This document shows, piece by piece, positions 11,717 to 26,066 of a stretch of DNA of 64,000 nucleotides (its first letter is position 1; each line of letters begins with the position of its first letter). The position numbers were made by a program, and so were the translations under genes. The notes below the pieces were generated by a model. It was not told the origin of the DNA, did not search any database, and was given only the letters and a program-made list of their open reading frames with translations. Location: contig OX597823.1 of assembly GCA_951406725.2 (NCBI GenBank), positions 84,568,001 to 84,632,000 on the forward strand, read 5' to 3'. The stretch comes from Octopus vulgaris. Its lineage: Eukaryota.

Positions 11717-12263
11717 AATTTTGTAGAATTCTTTTGCCACCAGCGTTCCTGGCCGTTCCTTTATTGTTGATGTTGAACTTAAAAATGGTCTATGACTATT
11801 TTAATTTTTCCTACTAGGCCGCTGGTGGCAAAAGAATTCTACAAAATTTTTTTTGCCACCCTATATTGATTAATTATGAATTTTCTGGTTAATTCCGTAA
11901 TGGAATCGACGGCTTATATTTATTTGCTGCCGATAAATTTGGCGCGAGTGCGACGATTTGAAAATTTTAGGTCAGATATAAACTTGGCAACGTCGGAAAT
12001 GCCTCGTGAAAATATCTGTTCCGTCTTGGGCTATTTCTTACTGAAGAATCTGAGGGCCTGTGGAAGATTGGCTTGATTTAATTTAATCAGGTTAGTTTAC
12101 CATTAATCAGCAGATGAAACGGTATATCGTATAAGAAATTACAGGGTAAATGTTTTTAAAATTTTCTCCTGGTTTACTGAATTAACTTTTATTTGCGGTT
12201 GAAGCTTTGGCTGTTATTTCTAGTGGGTGAATGGCCTATTATGGCCGTTCCTTTATTGTTGAT
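11716..12263 (+). mobile_element. Second hammerhead-containing non-coding element, with an inverted 5' segment and terminal direct repeat
   Basis: 11716-11745 is the reverse complement of 11820-11849. TGGCCGTTCCTTTATTGTTGAT occurs at 11750 and 12242. Confidence 0.7.
12033..12139 (+). ncRNA. Type I hammerhead ribozyme
   Basis: 8-bp stem I ATTTCTTA/TAAGAAAT; core CTGAAGA (12041-12047); stem II closed by ATCTG/CAGAT with a G-U-rich inner helix; GAAA (12116-12119); stem III CGGTATATCG; triplet GTA ending at 12131. Confidence 0.88.
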
Positions 12264-12751
12264 ATATATATATATATATATATATATGGTGTTCATTTCC
12301 ATTTTATGTTTTCTTTAAAATATATATATATACAATTCTTTAAATTATATATATATATATATAATAATATACAAAATGGGACAAGAACGCAAAACATCCG
12401 GACAACTAGGTGATACAAAAAGGGACAACAAAACATCCAGATAGACGATACAAAAAAGCAAAAGAAAACACGGACGGGTCATTCGAAGCCTTTTATCTTC
12501 AGTCAAGAACCGAATCATCCTCGCAATTTCGGCTGATTAATCTTGTGATTGCTCCAATCTGGCCAGCCCCAAGGAAAAACTAAGCTAAGAGCAGTTAGAT
12601 TCCTTGGAAAAAAGTATCGAATGTATACGAAACAAGGACGGAAAAACAGACGATGTTACACGAATATATATACAAAAGTACAATAACAATATTAACAACA
12701 GAACATAACAACAGGCGTCTTTCGACTGGGGACGAACTGAATTCGGCTGGC

Positions 12752-12793
<42 letters not shown>

Positions 12794-13693
12794 CATGTGT
12801 GTGTATTTGTGAATGTGGGGTGAATGTGTATGCATTAGTGTGTGTAATTACGTATGCTTGAAACTGTGTGTGTCTATACGTATGTATGCATAAGTTTCTC
12901 TTTGCATGTATGTGTGTGTGTGTGTGTTTGTGTGCATATATTCTATTTCTGTGTGTCTCTGTGTGTATGCGCATTTGTGTCAATATTTTTGTGCGCATCT
13001 ATTCTAAGTATGTGTTTACTTCGATTTATATGCATGCAGGTATGGTATGTGCGAATGCATACGTCTGTGGACATGTGTGTGTGTGTTTTTGTGCGTCTGC
13101 GTGCGATTGCGTATGTGTCTGCGTATATCTCTTGGTTTGTGTATGGCTGTATATATCGTTGTATGGTGGGGTTAAACAATGGGAAAGAAATCTGTGAATG
13201 GCCAAAATATAAAAGACTTGAATAGAAGCATTTAAACTTGGCCTTTCCTCCTAACCAACCTCGCCAATTTGTTTTCTCATTTTTAGTAATTCAAATTAGG
13301 ATTCAGCGTTTTTGAAATGTCTTTAAAATTTTTACATTTCGCTTCAATATTTACGCAACATTTCTTTCCATGATGATAATAATAATATTAATGATTATGA
13401 TGATGATGATGCAGAAAATGACCATGGCTATGACGGCGATGGTTATATAATAAAGATAGTAATAATGATAATTATATTAATAATAATATAATAACAATAA
13501 TAATAAGTGTAGTAGTAGTAGAAGTAATAAAGATGAATAAAAACAACTTCAACAACAACAACAATAATGATAATAATTATTTTCATATTACCGTTTCCTT
13601 TTACGCAATATTTCTTCATATCATCATTGTTATAATCGTGACCAGAATCAACAATATTCTCATTACTGCCGCCATCATGATCAGGATGATAAC

Positions 13694-14128
13694 GTTCTTC
13701 TTCTTCTTCTTCTTCTTCTTCTTCTTCTTCTTCTTCTTCTTCTTCTTCTTCTTCTTCTTCTTCTTCTTCTTCTTCTTCTTCTTTTCTTCTTCTTCTTCTT
13801 CTTCTTCTTCTTCTTCTTCTCCTCCTTCTTCTTCTTCTTCTTCTTCTTCTTCTTCTTCTTCTTCTCCTCTTCTTCTTCTTCTTCTTCTTCTTCTTCTTCT
13901 TCTTCTTCTTCTTCTCCTCCTCCTCCTCCTCTACCTCCTCATCTCCCTATAGCCCTCAATCTTTCTCCTCCTATTTATTTTCCTTTGTTTTCTTTATACG
14001 TTTCACTTTCATTTTCGCTGTTACCATCTTCACCACCACCACCACCACTACCATCATCATCATCATCATCATTATCATCATCATCATCATCATCGTCATC
14101 ATCGTCATCCTCCTCCTCCTCCTCCTCC

Positions 14129-14188
<60 letters not shown>

Positions 14189-14200
14189 GTAGCAGCAGCC
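13694..14200. repeat. (TTC)n, (CAT)n and (CAG)n trinucleotide tracts
   Basis: Seen directly. Confidence 0.95.
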
Positions 14201-14566
14201 ATATTGAATTGGCAATAAACTTTAGATCTCTGTTTAGTTACTATTTTCATATCTTGCTACTTTTCTTGTTGCAAGATCAGTGACTGATTGTCACTTAGTT
14301 ATTCAATATATTACGAGCTGGAGTGAATTTCTGCTATCTCTTGCAGACGAGTATCCACCACTGAGGATGAGCACAAATAGCTTGAAACCGTACGGTCCTG
14401 TCGCTTGAAGATGGTACGGGTTCGTTCCCCTGCCGGCAAAGTATATGGGAGCAGATTGAATCGAATAAACAGCTGGATGAGGTGTCCTCCTGGGGTTAAA
14501 ATGATAGTAACGTCAGTTTCTACGAAACAGCCATGCTGAAGTGACGACAAACATTACTTCTCAGTA

Positions 14567-14667
<101 letters not shown>

Positions 14668-14669
14668 TA

Positions 14670-15066
14670 TTATTTTATTCTTTTACTTTTTTCAGTCATT
14701 TTGACATGCTGGAGCACCGCCTTTACACGAACAAATAGACCTTGAGACTTATTCTTTGTAAGCCTAGTATTTATTCTATAGGTATGTTTTGCCGAACCGC
14801 TAAGTTTCGGGGACGTAAAGCCACCAACATCGGTTGTCAAGCGATGGTGGTGGTAGTTGCGGGAGGTGGGGGTGTACAATCACAGACACATAAATACTTA
14901 CGTACATGTGTACATATACGTATAGTTTCCGTTTACACAAATCCACTCACAAGACTCCGGTCGGCCCTAGGCCTTAGTAGAAGACACTAGCCGAAATGCC
15001 ACGCAGTGGGACTGAACCCGGAACCATGTGGTTGGGAAGCAAGCTTCTTATCACACAGCCTCTCCT
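14670..15066 (-). mobile_element. tRNA-derived SINE family B (internal TG/TA microsatellite, CR1-like tail)
   Basis: Minus strand GGCTGTGTGATAAGAAGCTTGCTTCCCAACCACATGGTTCCGGGTTCAGTCCCACT..., ending GGCGGTGCTCCAGCATG..TGACTGAAA. Partial copies at about 16775-16885, 32624-32843, 41870-42029, 46725-46927, 51441-51600, 52075-52277, 54541-54665 and 61350-61650. Confidence 0.85.
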
Positions 15067-15067
15067 A

Positions 15068-15106
<39 letters not shown>

Positions 15107-15231
15107 CGAAGTAAAATTGGGTGGTATCGCACGAATGAAAATATATAGGGAAGAGGATTTGAAAATGCAGGTGTCTTTAAACATCTTTATAAGACCCCTG
15201 CATTTACAAATCCTTTTCCTTGTATACATAC

Positions 15232-15331
<100 letters not shown>

Positions 15332-15653
15332 CTGGTTTCTGGAATCGACTAAAAGAGAATTTGAACTTAGAATGTAAAGGACAATGCTTAAAATCACCAA
15401 GGAGATAAATAAAGACTGCTTTTATTATCAAGAATTATCTCCATAATTCTAAAATGTATGGAAGGATATGTCTTCTTTATTTGCATGAGTTTGTGGATAA
15501 AACAAGCTTATTGTATACTGCGAAGCGTGCATATTAAAGGCAAATTTGTATACATAGTTTCTTGAATACTGAAATGAATACTCCATGAAGACGATTGCGA
15601 AGCAGCTGTAATTTTTTAAATAAAAAAATTGGTTAAATGCGTTCGGAAATTAT

Positions 15654-15711
<58 letters not shown>

Positions 15712-15936
15712 CAATAATATATGGGTGAAATTTATAAATATTTTAATGTATCGCTGCGCGCGTTTCCGCAAATCCCATGTTTTTGTGACTATAATCTGTA
15801 TTCCTGGGAGGATTACAATACAATGGGTATATTTATTCTTTTATATCACCACAGCTCGATACGATCCCCCAAAACCGCTGTTGCAAGTTGGAATCACTAG
15901 ACCATAACCGACATAATAAACGATCTTAAAGGATAA

Positions 15937-15982
<46 letters not shown>

Positions 15983-16024
15983 ATAATTCACATAGACAGA
16001 TAAAGATCTTGGTTTAAAATATAT

Positions 16025-16072
<48 letters not shown>

Positions 16073-16320
16073 GACATGTAAAAAGTTTATTTGAATTATT
16101 GTCTCCATACCTGCACCCTTAGCTCGTCCTTATAGCCACTCTTTATCCTATACATCATCCTCGGTAAAGATATCACTGTATAAGTTAAGATCATTTGAGC
16201 GTTACTAATTGTTTTCTATACTGAGGTTCTCCCCATCTAAGGGGTCATTAGAATATTCATTTACGATGTTCTGTTTTTTCATCACAATTATTAACACCAG
16301 TTTTCACATACATCAGATCA

Positions 16321-16735
16321 TACATATAAGTAATATTCGTAGCCACTTTAACATGGCTGTCCGTTCGAGTGGACTCTACAACGATTTATTTACTTCAAGA
16401 GGACAACTCCTCTAGCTGGTTAACGATGCACAACTGCATCCTATAAAACTGCGAGCCCGAGAGCGAAGCCCTTCCATCTCCTAGAGATGGGACCAGTAGA
16501 CCAGTTCTGGTTCAGATACTGAGGAGTGACAGAAATAGCCTGAAACCAGGACTGGTATACGCGTCCCGTCGCCGGGAAACGATAGGGTTTCGCTCCCGTG
16601 CTCGCAGTTTTATTGGATGCAACTGTGCATCCTTAACCAGCTAGAGGAGAAGTCTTCTTGGGATTAAAAAATCGCAGTAGAGTCCACTCGAAAGGACAGC
16701 CATGTTAAAATAGCTACGAATATTACTTGTCTGTA
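16321..16735. repeat. Imperfect ~415-bp palindrome centred on a hammerhead-like core
   Basis: AAGTAATATTCGTAGC..ACATGGCTGTCC.TTCGAGTGGACTCTAC.. is mirrored by ..GTAGAGTCCACTCGAA.GGACAGCCATGT..GCTACGAATATTACTT. The centre holds CTGAGGA (16519), GAAA (16542), CCAGGACTGG and TA. Confidence 0.85.
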
Positions 16736-17201
16736 CAACTACTGTGTTAATACCTTAAAGAGACTTTAGATGTAGCATTTTTGCCGAACCGCTATGTTAC
16801 GGGGACGTAAACACACCAGCATCGGTTGTCAAGAGATGTTGGGGGGACAAACACACACACACGCACACATATTTATATATACGATTTACTAATCTCCTCT
16901 ATGAGTATTGGCTATCATATGCTATCATTCAGCTGGGATTCTCCCTTTACTGAATATATAAGAGGAAATCCGTCAATATCCGCAGAATTCATAAAAAATA
17001 ATTATAAGACATGAATATGAAACTAACAGGCCTTAATCGAAATGACTACACTTGTTTCTGTGCCTTAGTATCAGTGGGAAATCGCCGAGTGTGTCATATA
17101 GTATGCACAATGTTGTATTAATATGATGCAACAAATAGCAGTGCATCTGCGCGTCTTCAGGTGAGTTCGAGAGCAGTACTCAATAACCATATAAATAATG
17201 C

Positions 17202-17241
<40 letters not shown>

Positions 17242-18365
17242 ACACGCACACACACCCACACACACACAAGGGTATGTAAAAGTTAAATGTAATTGGATCT
17301 TTGTTGGTTTCGACGTAGAGTATTCGATCAACTAAAATCTCAGCTTACAAGATTACGTTGATTTTCAATCATTGAACCCCCTACTTAATCAGTTAATCTA
17401 TAAGTAGCTGAATATTCCACAGAAATGCATGCACTTACCCTGATTCTCATGAAGGATCAGCATGGCTCAATGTGTCTGAAGAATGGCTTTCAACGAACCC
17501 TTACAACGTGTATAATCCATCCGTTGGACTTCCGTATATTTCTCATTCAAACTAAATCTTTTTCAATTATAAGTCTTCGGATGTACTCAATAGGCCAAAC
17601 GACAACATATTCAAGATGCTACGGAACGGAATCGGACTCGGGACCGCTTGATTGCGACATGTAATTCTACAGTATTTAACCTTGTTTCATTCATGTATTT
17701 ATTTTATATTTTCTCTCAGCTTATTTCGTATTTCAAAACGCTCACATATAAATATATACAAATTACTCCCATGGAGTGAAGCTGATATGAAAATATGAAC
17801 ATTTATGTAATTAACTCATTAATTATTTTGAAATAAAATTTACATAGCTAATTAACACACACACGCACACGATGAAGGGGTCATTAGAATATTCATTTAC
17901 AATGTTCTGTTTTTTCATCACAATTATTAACACCAGTTTTCACATACATCAGATCATACACACACACGCTCCTTCAACGTAACACGAAACTAATAAATCC
18001 TTTTTAACGCACAAAGATATATATACACACACGTATATAAATTTACGGTTACATATACGCGAATATGCACAGGAGTACATCTAATATTTGTTTCCATATA
18101 AAAGCACCATTATACATATATACAATCTTCAGTATTACTAAATATTGAAAGCAGTTTGTTATACAATTTGTATGTATGTAGTTTCACTGATATATATATA
18201 TGTATATATGTGCGTGTGTGTGTGGGTGAGTGAGTGCATATGTGTGTACCATATATATATGTATATATGTGTGTGTATGAATGTATATATGCATATATAT
18301 ACACGATGTACATATATATCCAGTGTGACACAGGAGGATGTTATACACGCAGATATTTGTGTGTG

Positions 18366-18437
<72 letters not shown>

Positions 18438-19094
18438 ATTGTAGCACATGCACACAAATACACACACACACATTCATACACACACACACATTCATACACA
18501 CATACACACATATACATATATATAAACAGAGAATACCAAGTAATCCACAGTACCATACATAAATATGCTCTCTCTCTCTCTCTCAGACACACACACTTAC
18601 ACACACATAAAAGATACATACGTTCACAAATGCATGCGTGAATGTGTCTATCATTCATTTTTTTTTTATAATTCCTTCACATTAACAACAAAACACCATC
18701 ACACCACACAACCCCCCCCCCCCACACACACACATACATACACACACACACAAACAAACTCATACGCACACAGACAAACAAACAAATCAATCGAATGTAC
18801 TGTACACAATACAAACACACATGGAGTCTCACATACAATCATATACATCCAGGCAGACAATCACGAACACTACCCGTATATAGATTCAAAGGCAGATTTC
18901 TAAACATCAACATTAACGTACATATTTCAACGTATGTATTCACACACGAAATTTTAAATAATACTTATTATCTTTTTTTTTTTCTCTCTCTCTTCTTATT
19001 TTAATTGAGACAGTTCGTTTTACACATGAAGAAAATGCCATAAAAGGCAGCCAAGGGCTATTTTTCTCGATTGAAAATGAAAATGAATGTTTTA

Positions 19095-19162
<68 letters not shown>

Positions 19163-19392
19163 TATTTAAAAAAAAAAAGATGGCGTAAAAGCAGAGAGCT
19201 AATATTGAAAACTAACTTCCATCTTGTTAAAAATCTCTTACTGTTTAAACGAAATGGCTTATTTTGTACAATAAAACAATTGACGCTAGCTTTTCGTTCG
19301 GCAAATTTCATGAGAATATAGCATTCTTAATAATTTTTATGGAAAAATATGGATGTGAACATGCAATCCTATTTTGACTCATTTGTTATTAC

Positions 19393-19466
<74 letters not shown>

Positions 19467-19620
19467 TATTATTATCATTATTAATTATTTTTTTCTTCAC
19501 CTTTCTAAAAGTTTATTCTGGTTGGTTTGTTCGTCATTTTTAGATGTCTTCTCAACATTTTTCTTTCAATTTGACTTTCGACTTCTCGTACAATTATTAT
19601 TATTATTATTATCATTATTA

Positions 19621-19720
<100 letters not shown>

Positions 19721-20169
19721 CATTATTATTATTATAGCTATTATTACATTTTTAAAGATTTAGGAAAAAAACTGCTTTATATATTTTTTTATATATTATT
19801 ACTCTTATTATTATTATCATTATTATTACATTTTTTTTTGAAGGACTAGAAAATAATACTGGTGTGTTAGGAAAATTGGTGCTTAAAGGCTTCTTAGCGG
19901 TTTTTAATTGAGAAGAAAGAGTAATCTTGCAGATCACACGGGTATTGTTTTGTTGCGGTCACGAAACATATAAGCGAGAAAGGTTCGCTTATTAATTAAC
20001 TCTTAATCATGAAAATAAAAGCTTATTCACCAACACACACAAACGCATACACACATGCACATATACACATCTATATAAGTACATATATGTGTATATACAC
20101 GCACACATACTCTCGTATGTATAGCTCTGCATTATATGCATATACACGTATAAATGCACACATATTTAC

Positions 20170-20209
20170 ACACACACACAATCATATATATATATATTAT
20201 ATATATATG

Positions 20210-20276
<67 letters not shown>

Positions 20277-20927
20277 GTATATATATAAGTATATATATGT
20301 ATGTATATATATATATGTATATATATATGTATATATATATACACATGAATATATATATATATATGTATATACACTCACACTTACACCCAAATATGTATGT
20401 ATAAAAATTTACACAGACATGTTTATACACCCACAGCTACATGTATAGTAATTCGTTCGTACATATACATACGTATAAACGTACATAAAACACACGATCG
20501 TATATATACACATATGTGCATACATGTATACCTGTATATGAATGCTCATATGTACACATACGTAAATACGCACAAATACACGACAAATTTAAATAGTCAC
20601 ATGTCACTTCTATATATTCTTACATATACACCAGCGAATATATACAGATATACACACGGTATAATCATACAAGTAGACGCAGATTCGCTCATCAACACTC
20701 ATTTATGCATACAACATCGTACGTAGTCATATATTCATAAATGCATACATACAATTATTGATAAGGTCATAGTCAAAATTATAAAGATATACAGGTTTAC
20801 AAACAAACGTAGACACATCTATTCAGAGATATAACTATGACCTCACAGTCATGCGCATACTCATAAACCGAAACGCAAACCTATGTGTATGCCTATACAG
20901 ATACACATATATAAACGCGCACACGCT

Positions 20928-21002
<75 letters not shown>

Positions 21003-21049
21003 GTATATATACATATATACATATATGTATATATACATATATATATATA

Positions 21050-21096
<47 letters not shown>

Positions 21097-21629
21097 CTAC
21101 TTTGTGTAGGTTTCTCAGACACTTTGGGAGAATATTAGAAACCTGTGGTTTCCTGAAACCCAGGCTGTAGTACTAACTGGTCCTAAAACGCGATGGCGTT
21201 GCTGGGATTTTTAGCACTGGGCAGTGTTCTGGCATTGCAGTAAATTTCAATGCCCAAATTTGGCGCTATTCCTTCCAGGATCTTTATATATATATATTGT
21301 TCCGCTCAGAGGTTCACCCCTTTTATACATAAGAATTTGCCTGATCGTTTCGGGTGCTAGAGGCCCCGGGTTCAGATTCCCCTTTGCTCACTTCATGTAT
21401 GTATATATATATACATACCTACGTCATTTCAACTCTGCCAAAAAGTCTTTATATATCTCTCATCAAAAACGCTTATATCTCCTCATTCAGAAAATACTGT
21501 AAGATCTCTTCCTTCATTATATTTTCTCGTTATTTGCGCTGATTATAGATATACATAACAATACACACACACACATATATATATATATGTATATATATGT
21601 ATATATATATATCTGTATATATATATATA

Positions 21630-21665
<36 letters not shown>

Positions 21666-21862
21666 TATATATGTCTATATATATATATACACACACACAC
21701 ATATATATATGTGTGTGTGTGTATATATATAGACATATATAGACATATATATATATACAGATATATATATATACAGATATATATATATATACATATATAC
21801 ATATATGTATATATGTATTTATATATACATATATACTTATATACTTACATATATATATATAC

Positions 21863-21912
<50 letters not shown>

Positions 21913-21976
21913 GTATATATATACATATACGTATACATATATACATATATATACTTATATATATATACATATATAT

Positions 21977-22034
<58 letters not shown>

Positions 22035-22272
22035 TATGTATGTATTTCGTTTTGGGATGTGGTTTGCAAAATTCTTTATATGAGTTCGTGATTTGAAGCA
22101 TATTTTGTTGTGTCTGGGGAGAGTCATTTTCTTTTTGTACCTTATAATTTAACACACTCACCTGTAAAATTTCCACTTATTTTTATTTTCCTAAAATTTT
22201 CATTATGTCTTGCAACCTTTCAATAGTCAAGATATATATTTCTCTCTCTATATATATAGGTATGTGTGTGTG

Positions 22273-22330
<58 letters not shown>

Positions 22331-22614
22331 TCGTACAAATGAGTATACCATGTATGTATGTATGTGTGTGTGTATATATGTAATAATATGTTTATATGTG
22401 TGCGTGTATGTATATAGGAAGTAACCAAAGTTTGGATGGTTTAAGTGTAAGACGAAAGAGATGAAGGAGCATGTAGGAAACAGATCAGAGAAGAGGAGAT
22501 TGAGAGATATAGAGAAAAAAGAAAGACAGGGGTGGAGTTCAGTTGAATATATTACTTGAGTTAAAGGCACCAGAATTTAGTATAGTATTATCCATAGAAT
22601 TCATATATATATTC

Positions 22615-22711
<97 letters not shown>

Positions 22712-22744
22712 ATATATATGTATATATATATGTATATGTATATA

Positions 22745-22786
<42 letters not shown>

Positions 22787-22790
22787 ACAT
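20170..22790. repeat. Multiple long (TA)n/(TATG)/(CA)n tracts
   Basis: Seen directly; source of the YIYI ORFs. Confidence 0.95.
21093..21235 (-). mobile_element. CR1-type LINE 3' fragment
   Basis: Minus-strand peptide ..[24 protein letters not shown], homologous to the fragment at 32117-32380. Confidence 0.7.
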
Positions 22791-23331
22791 AGTAAAATAG
22801 TGGAATAGTTATATTTAAAAAAATCATAATAAAGATAAGTATATAATATTAGCAATATTGTATTAATAAGGAAATAAAATACAGCCATGCTTATTAAAAT
22901 GTTTTAAAATATTTAGTACTTACGATCGCTTCGTTATTATACTTCTTAGTACCGCCACCATCGCCACGACATCTGCTATGCATACACCTTTCAGACATCT
23001 GACGCCACCAGCATCAATACCTCTAACTTTTGCCGCTTTACCCTCCACCACCATCCCCACTATCTTTCACATCGCTTATTTTCACCGATATTCGTGACCG
23101 ACTCGGCTCTCACCACCACAACCACCACCACCACCACCACCGCCGCCATCACCACCCCCGCCACCGCCACCCCCACCCCACCACCTTCAACACCGCTGGT
23201 TCCACCTCTATCACAACTACAGATCATAATATACATATGTTTATATATACATATATATATAAACACACACAGATACACACACACACGCACACACACACAC
23301 ATACACACACGTACACATACACACACACACA

Positions 23332-23555
23332 AATGAGTAATGATGCATCCTTCTACATGCATGTTGCGAAGTTGGCAAGGAAATACAAGCAGCTGACCTG
23401 ATGGTTTCTTAGAACTTTTCGAACGCGATATCAGGAAACCATGATGGTACTCTGGAGGACACTTGACCTAGGCCGCTTTGACTATTGCTCCCAGCTGTGG
23501 TCACCAACCAGGGTAAAATTAATTGCAGAACTTGAGGCAATCTAACGAAGCTACA
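23332..23555 (+). mobile_element. CR1-type LINE RT fragment
   Basis: MSNDASFYMHVAKLARKYKQLT*WFLRTFRTRYQETMMVLWRTLDLGRFDYCSQLWSPTRVKLIAELEAI matches the CR1 motif WILRTF..R....L.LW..L....DYCSQLWSP. Confidence 0.8.
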
Positions 23556-23950
23556 TGAATAAGGTTTAGCGTTATTTTGTCTGTCTTTACGTTCTGAGTT
23601 CAAATTCCGCCGAGGTCGACTTTGTCTTTCATCTGTTCAGGGTCGATAAATTGACTACCAGCTGCATACTGGGGACGATCTAATCGACATGCCCCCCACC
23701 CCTCCAAATTTCGGGCCTTGTGCCTAGTGTAGTGAAGGCGGTGAGCTGGCAGAGTCATTAACAAGCTGGATAAAAGGCTTAGAGTTATTCCGTCTGTCTT
23801 TACGTTCTGAGTTCAAATTTCGCCGAGGTCGATTTTTGCTTTTCATCCTTTCGGGCTCAATTAAATAGTTACCAGTTGAGCATTGAGATCGATGTAATAG
23901 AGTTACCCTTCTTTCGAAACTTCTGTCCTTCTGCCAAAATTTGGAACCAA
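23555..23950 (+). mobile_element. Two adjacent family A SINE copies
   Basis: Core CGTTCTGAGTTCAAATT.CGCCGAGGTCGA occurs twice. The first copy ends AAATTTCGGGCCTTGTGCCT and the second starts GGCGGTGAGCTGGCAGA at about 23737. Confidence 0.8.
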
Positions 23951-25799
23951 TGTAGCGAACGTTGGCAAGAAATCGAACATTCTAACAATTCTTTGTCATT
24001 CTCGTAGTCATTGTCACAAAGTAATCCCGTACCCGTCGATGCTATTGTTTATAAATTGTGACACGAAATATATAAATATTAAAGCAGATTAAAAGATAAA
24101 TAATGAGTTATTATGAATTGATGTTAGAAATATAGACAGGGAGAAAGGGAATGGAAAAGGAAAAATAGAAGAGAGACAGGTGAGAAAGAAGGATAGGTAA
24201 AAATATATGTATTGGTATAACGAGACACGAAAATGAGGGAGAGAGAGAGAATGGGTGTATAAATATATATGTGGATATATGAAGAAAGAAAGAAGACAGA
24301 AAGAAAGAAGAAAATAAGAAAGAATTTGAATTAATAATGGCGTATAAAATGGCTTTGATATGGAGAAAGGAACGAAAATATGAGAGTGAGAGAGAGAGAG
24401 AGAGAGTGAGTGGGAGAGAGAGAGAGAGAAAGAGAGAGATAATGAGAGAGAAATAATATGGTGAAGTTTGAAACAGGCGGTTTTGTGAAAAAATTAAATG
24501 GACGAAAAACTGTTGAATAAAGTTTAAGTATAATAGTTTGTATTCAAAACATTTAAAAGAAAATTTCAGATGAAATTTAATAATTTGGAAGCATTTCTAA
24601 CAATAAGTTTTGGTTAGGTTGGGTTCGTGTTTAGATATTTCGGGTCGTGTTGCGTTGAGCTGTATTATATTATATGAAGGTTGGATTGGTAAGCGTAAAT
24701 TAGCTGTAGAAATCGAATATAATTATGTTATGTCTGAGCATTAAATTAGTTATTTTGAAGAATATGAAGCAGTTATAAATATCAAAGTGCATGAAAGAAA
24801 TAAAATACAAACAGAAAAAAGCTAAAAATTGCAAAGAAATGAAAATACAAACAATTTAACATTACGTATCTGGTCAACGGTACATTTTGAAATGTTCCTT
24901 ATTTACTCATAATCACAGTTCTTTGTCGGTGCAGATTTGATTTTGTACGCTGATGACCTTTCAATTGAAACTTTGAACTGGCACTTCGTCGGTTTCGACG
25001 ATGAGCGTTCCAGTTGATCTGGCCAACGGAACAACTTGCCCGCGAAATTAAAACGTGCAACTGGCTGAGCTCTTCAAAGAAATGCGAACCTTTAAACGTG
25101 GTTTTCAGGGAGATTTATCATGACACTGCATGTGATAAGGTTGGCCCTTTGAAATACAGGTACTACTCATTTTTGCCAGTTGAGTGGACTGGAGCATCAG
25201 GAAATGAAGTATTTTGCTCAAAGACACCACGCAAAGCTTGAAATCCACTCAGGATCTTAGTATCGCGAGCGGAATCCCTCCAACCACTTAACTACACTCC
25301 TTCGCATTCAACTGTGAATTCTCAATGAATACTCCGATGGGCAATTTTTTATATTACCAGAATCGTTAGAACTTGGTGCTTCTTCTGCATTTCTGAGTTC
25401 ACATCCCACGGGTACCAGTTCTCTTTTTGTTAACCTGAAAAACAAAGAATTCCCCCATGACGATGCATTCGTAGTATTTTTTAAATGGAATTCTTCACTC
25501 CTTCAGTCAAGGATAAAAAAAGTAAAACTATTTTCTATTTTTACCGAAATACTGGCAAATAACACATTTTGAGTAAATTTTTAAAGAATTCAGTATTCAA
25601 CATACTTAATTTTTAACTTGGATAAATAAAAATTTTGCTAAGACTAGGTTAAAAAAAAAAAAAAATTGCAATTTACTTAGATCTGAGAGATTTACGAGAA
25701 GACGCAGCCGTGCTCTATGACTTGCCAGCAAACACCGAGTTCGAATCATGTGTGGTCTTGGTTATATATGCGTTTTAGGGTATCCAATGAAGTGGTAAC

Positions 25800-26066
25800 T
25801 GTTGTTGCTATTTGTTCCTTCTCGAGCCATGCCTGGCTCACAAGGGCCGGTTTCCCCGGTTTCATTGGCGTATAGAACGCCGGTCTAAAGCAGGTGAGCT
25901 GCTAGAAGGAAAGAGTGAGAAAAAGAGTTCGCCAATACATTTTGCCGGAGGCGCGTGGAGATTAGGTGTTTCGCTCATAAACACAAACGACGACCGGTCT
26001 GTGGTCCGAACAGATGGTCCCTCGACCGCCAGTTCGCTGCTCTAACCACTAGGCCATGTGCCTCCA
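25800..26066 (-). mobile_element. tRNA-derived SINE (family C variant)
   Basis: Minus-strand head GTGGAGGCACATGGCCTAGTGGTTAGAGCAGC; body resembles 6399-6690. Confidence 0.65.

Noticed and set aside
15580-15615. ATGAAGACGATTGCGAAGCAGCTGTA, hammerhead-like with palindromic CAGCTG
   Set aside because: Both core boxes deviate and there is no stem I. Similar unconvincing relics occur at about 12470-12510 (-), 21315-21380 (-) and 57885-57925 (+).
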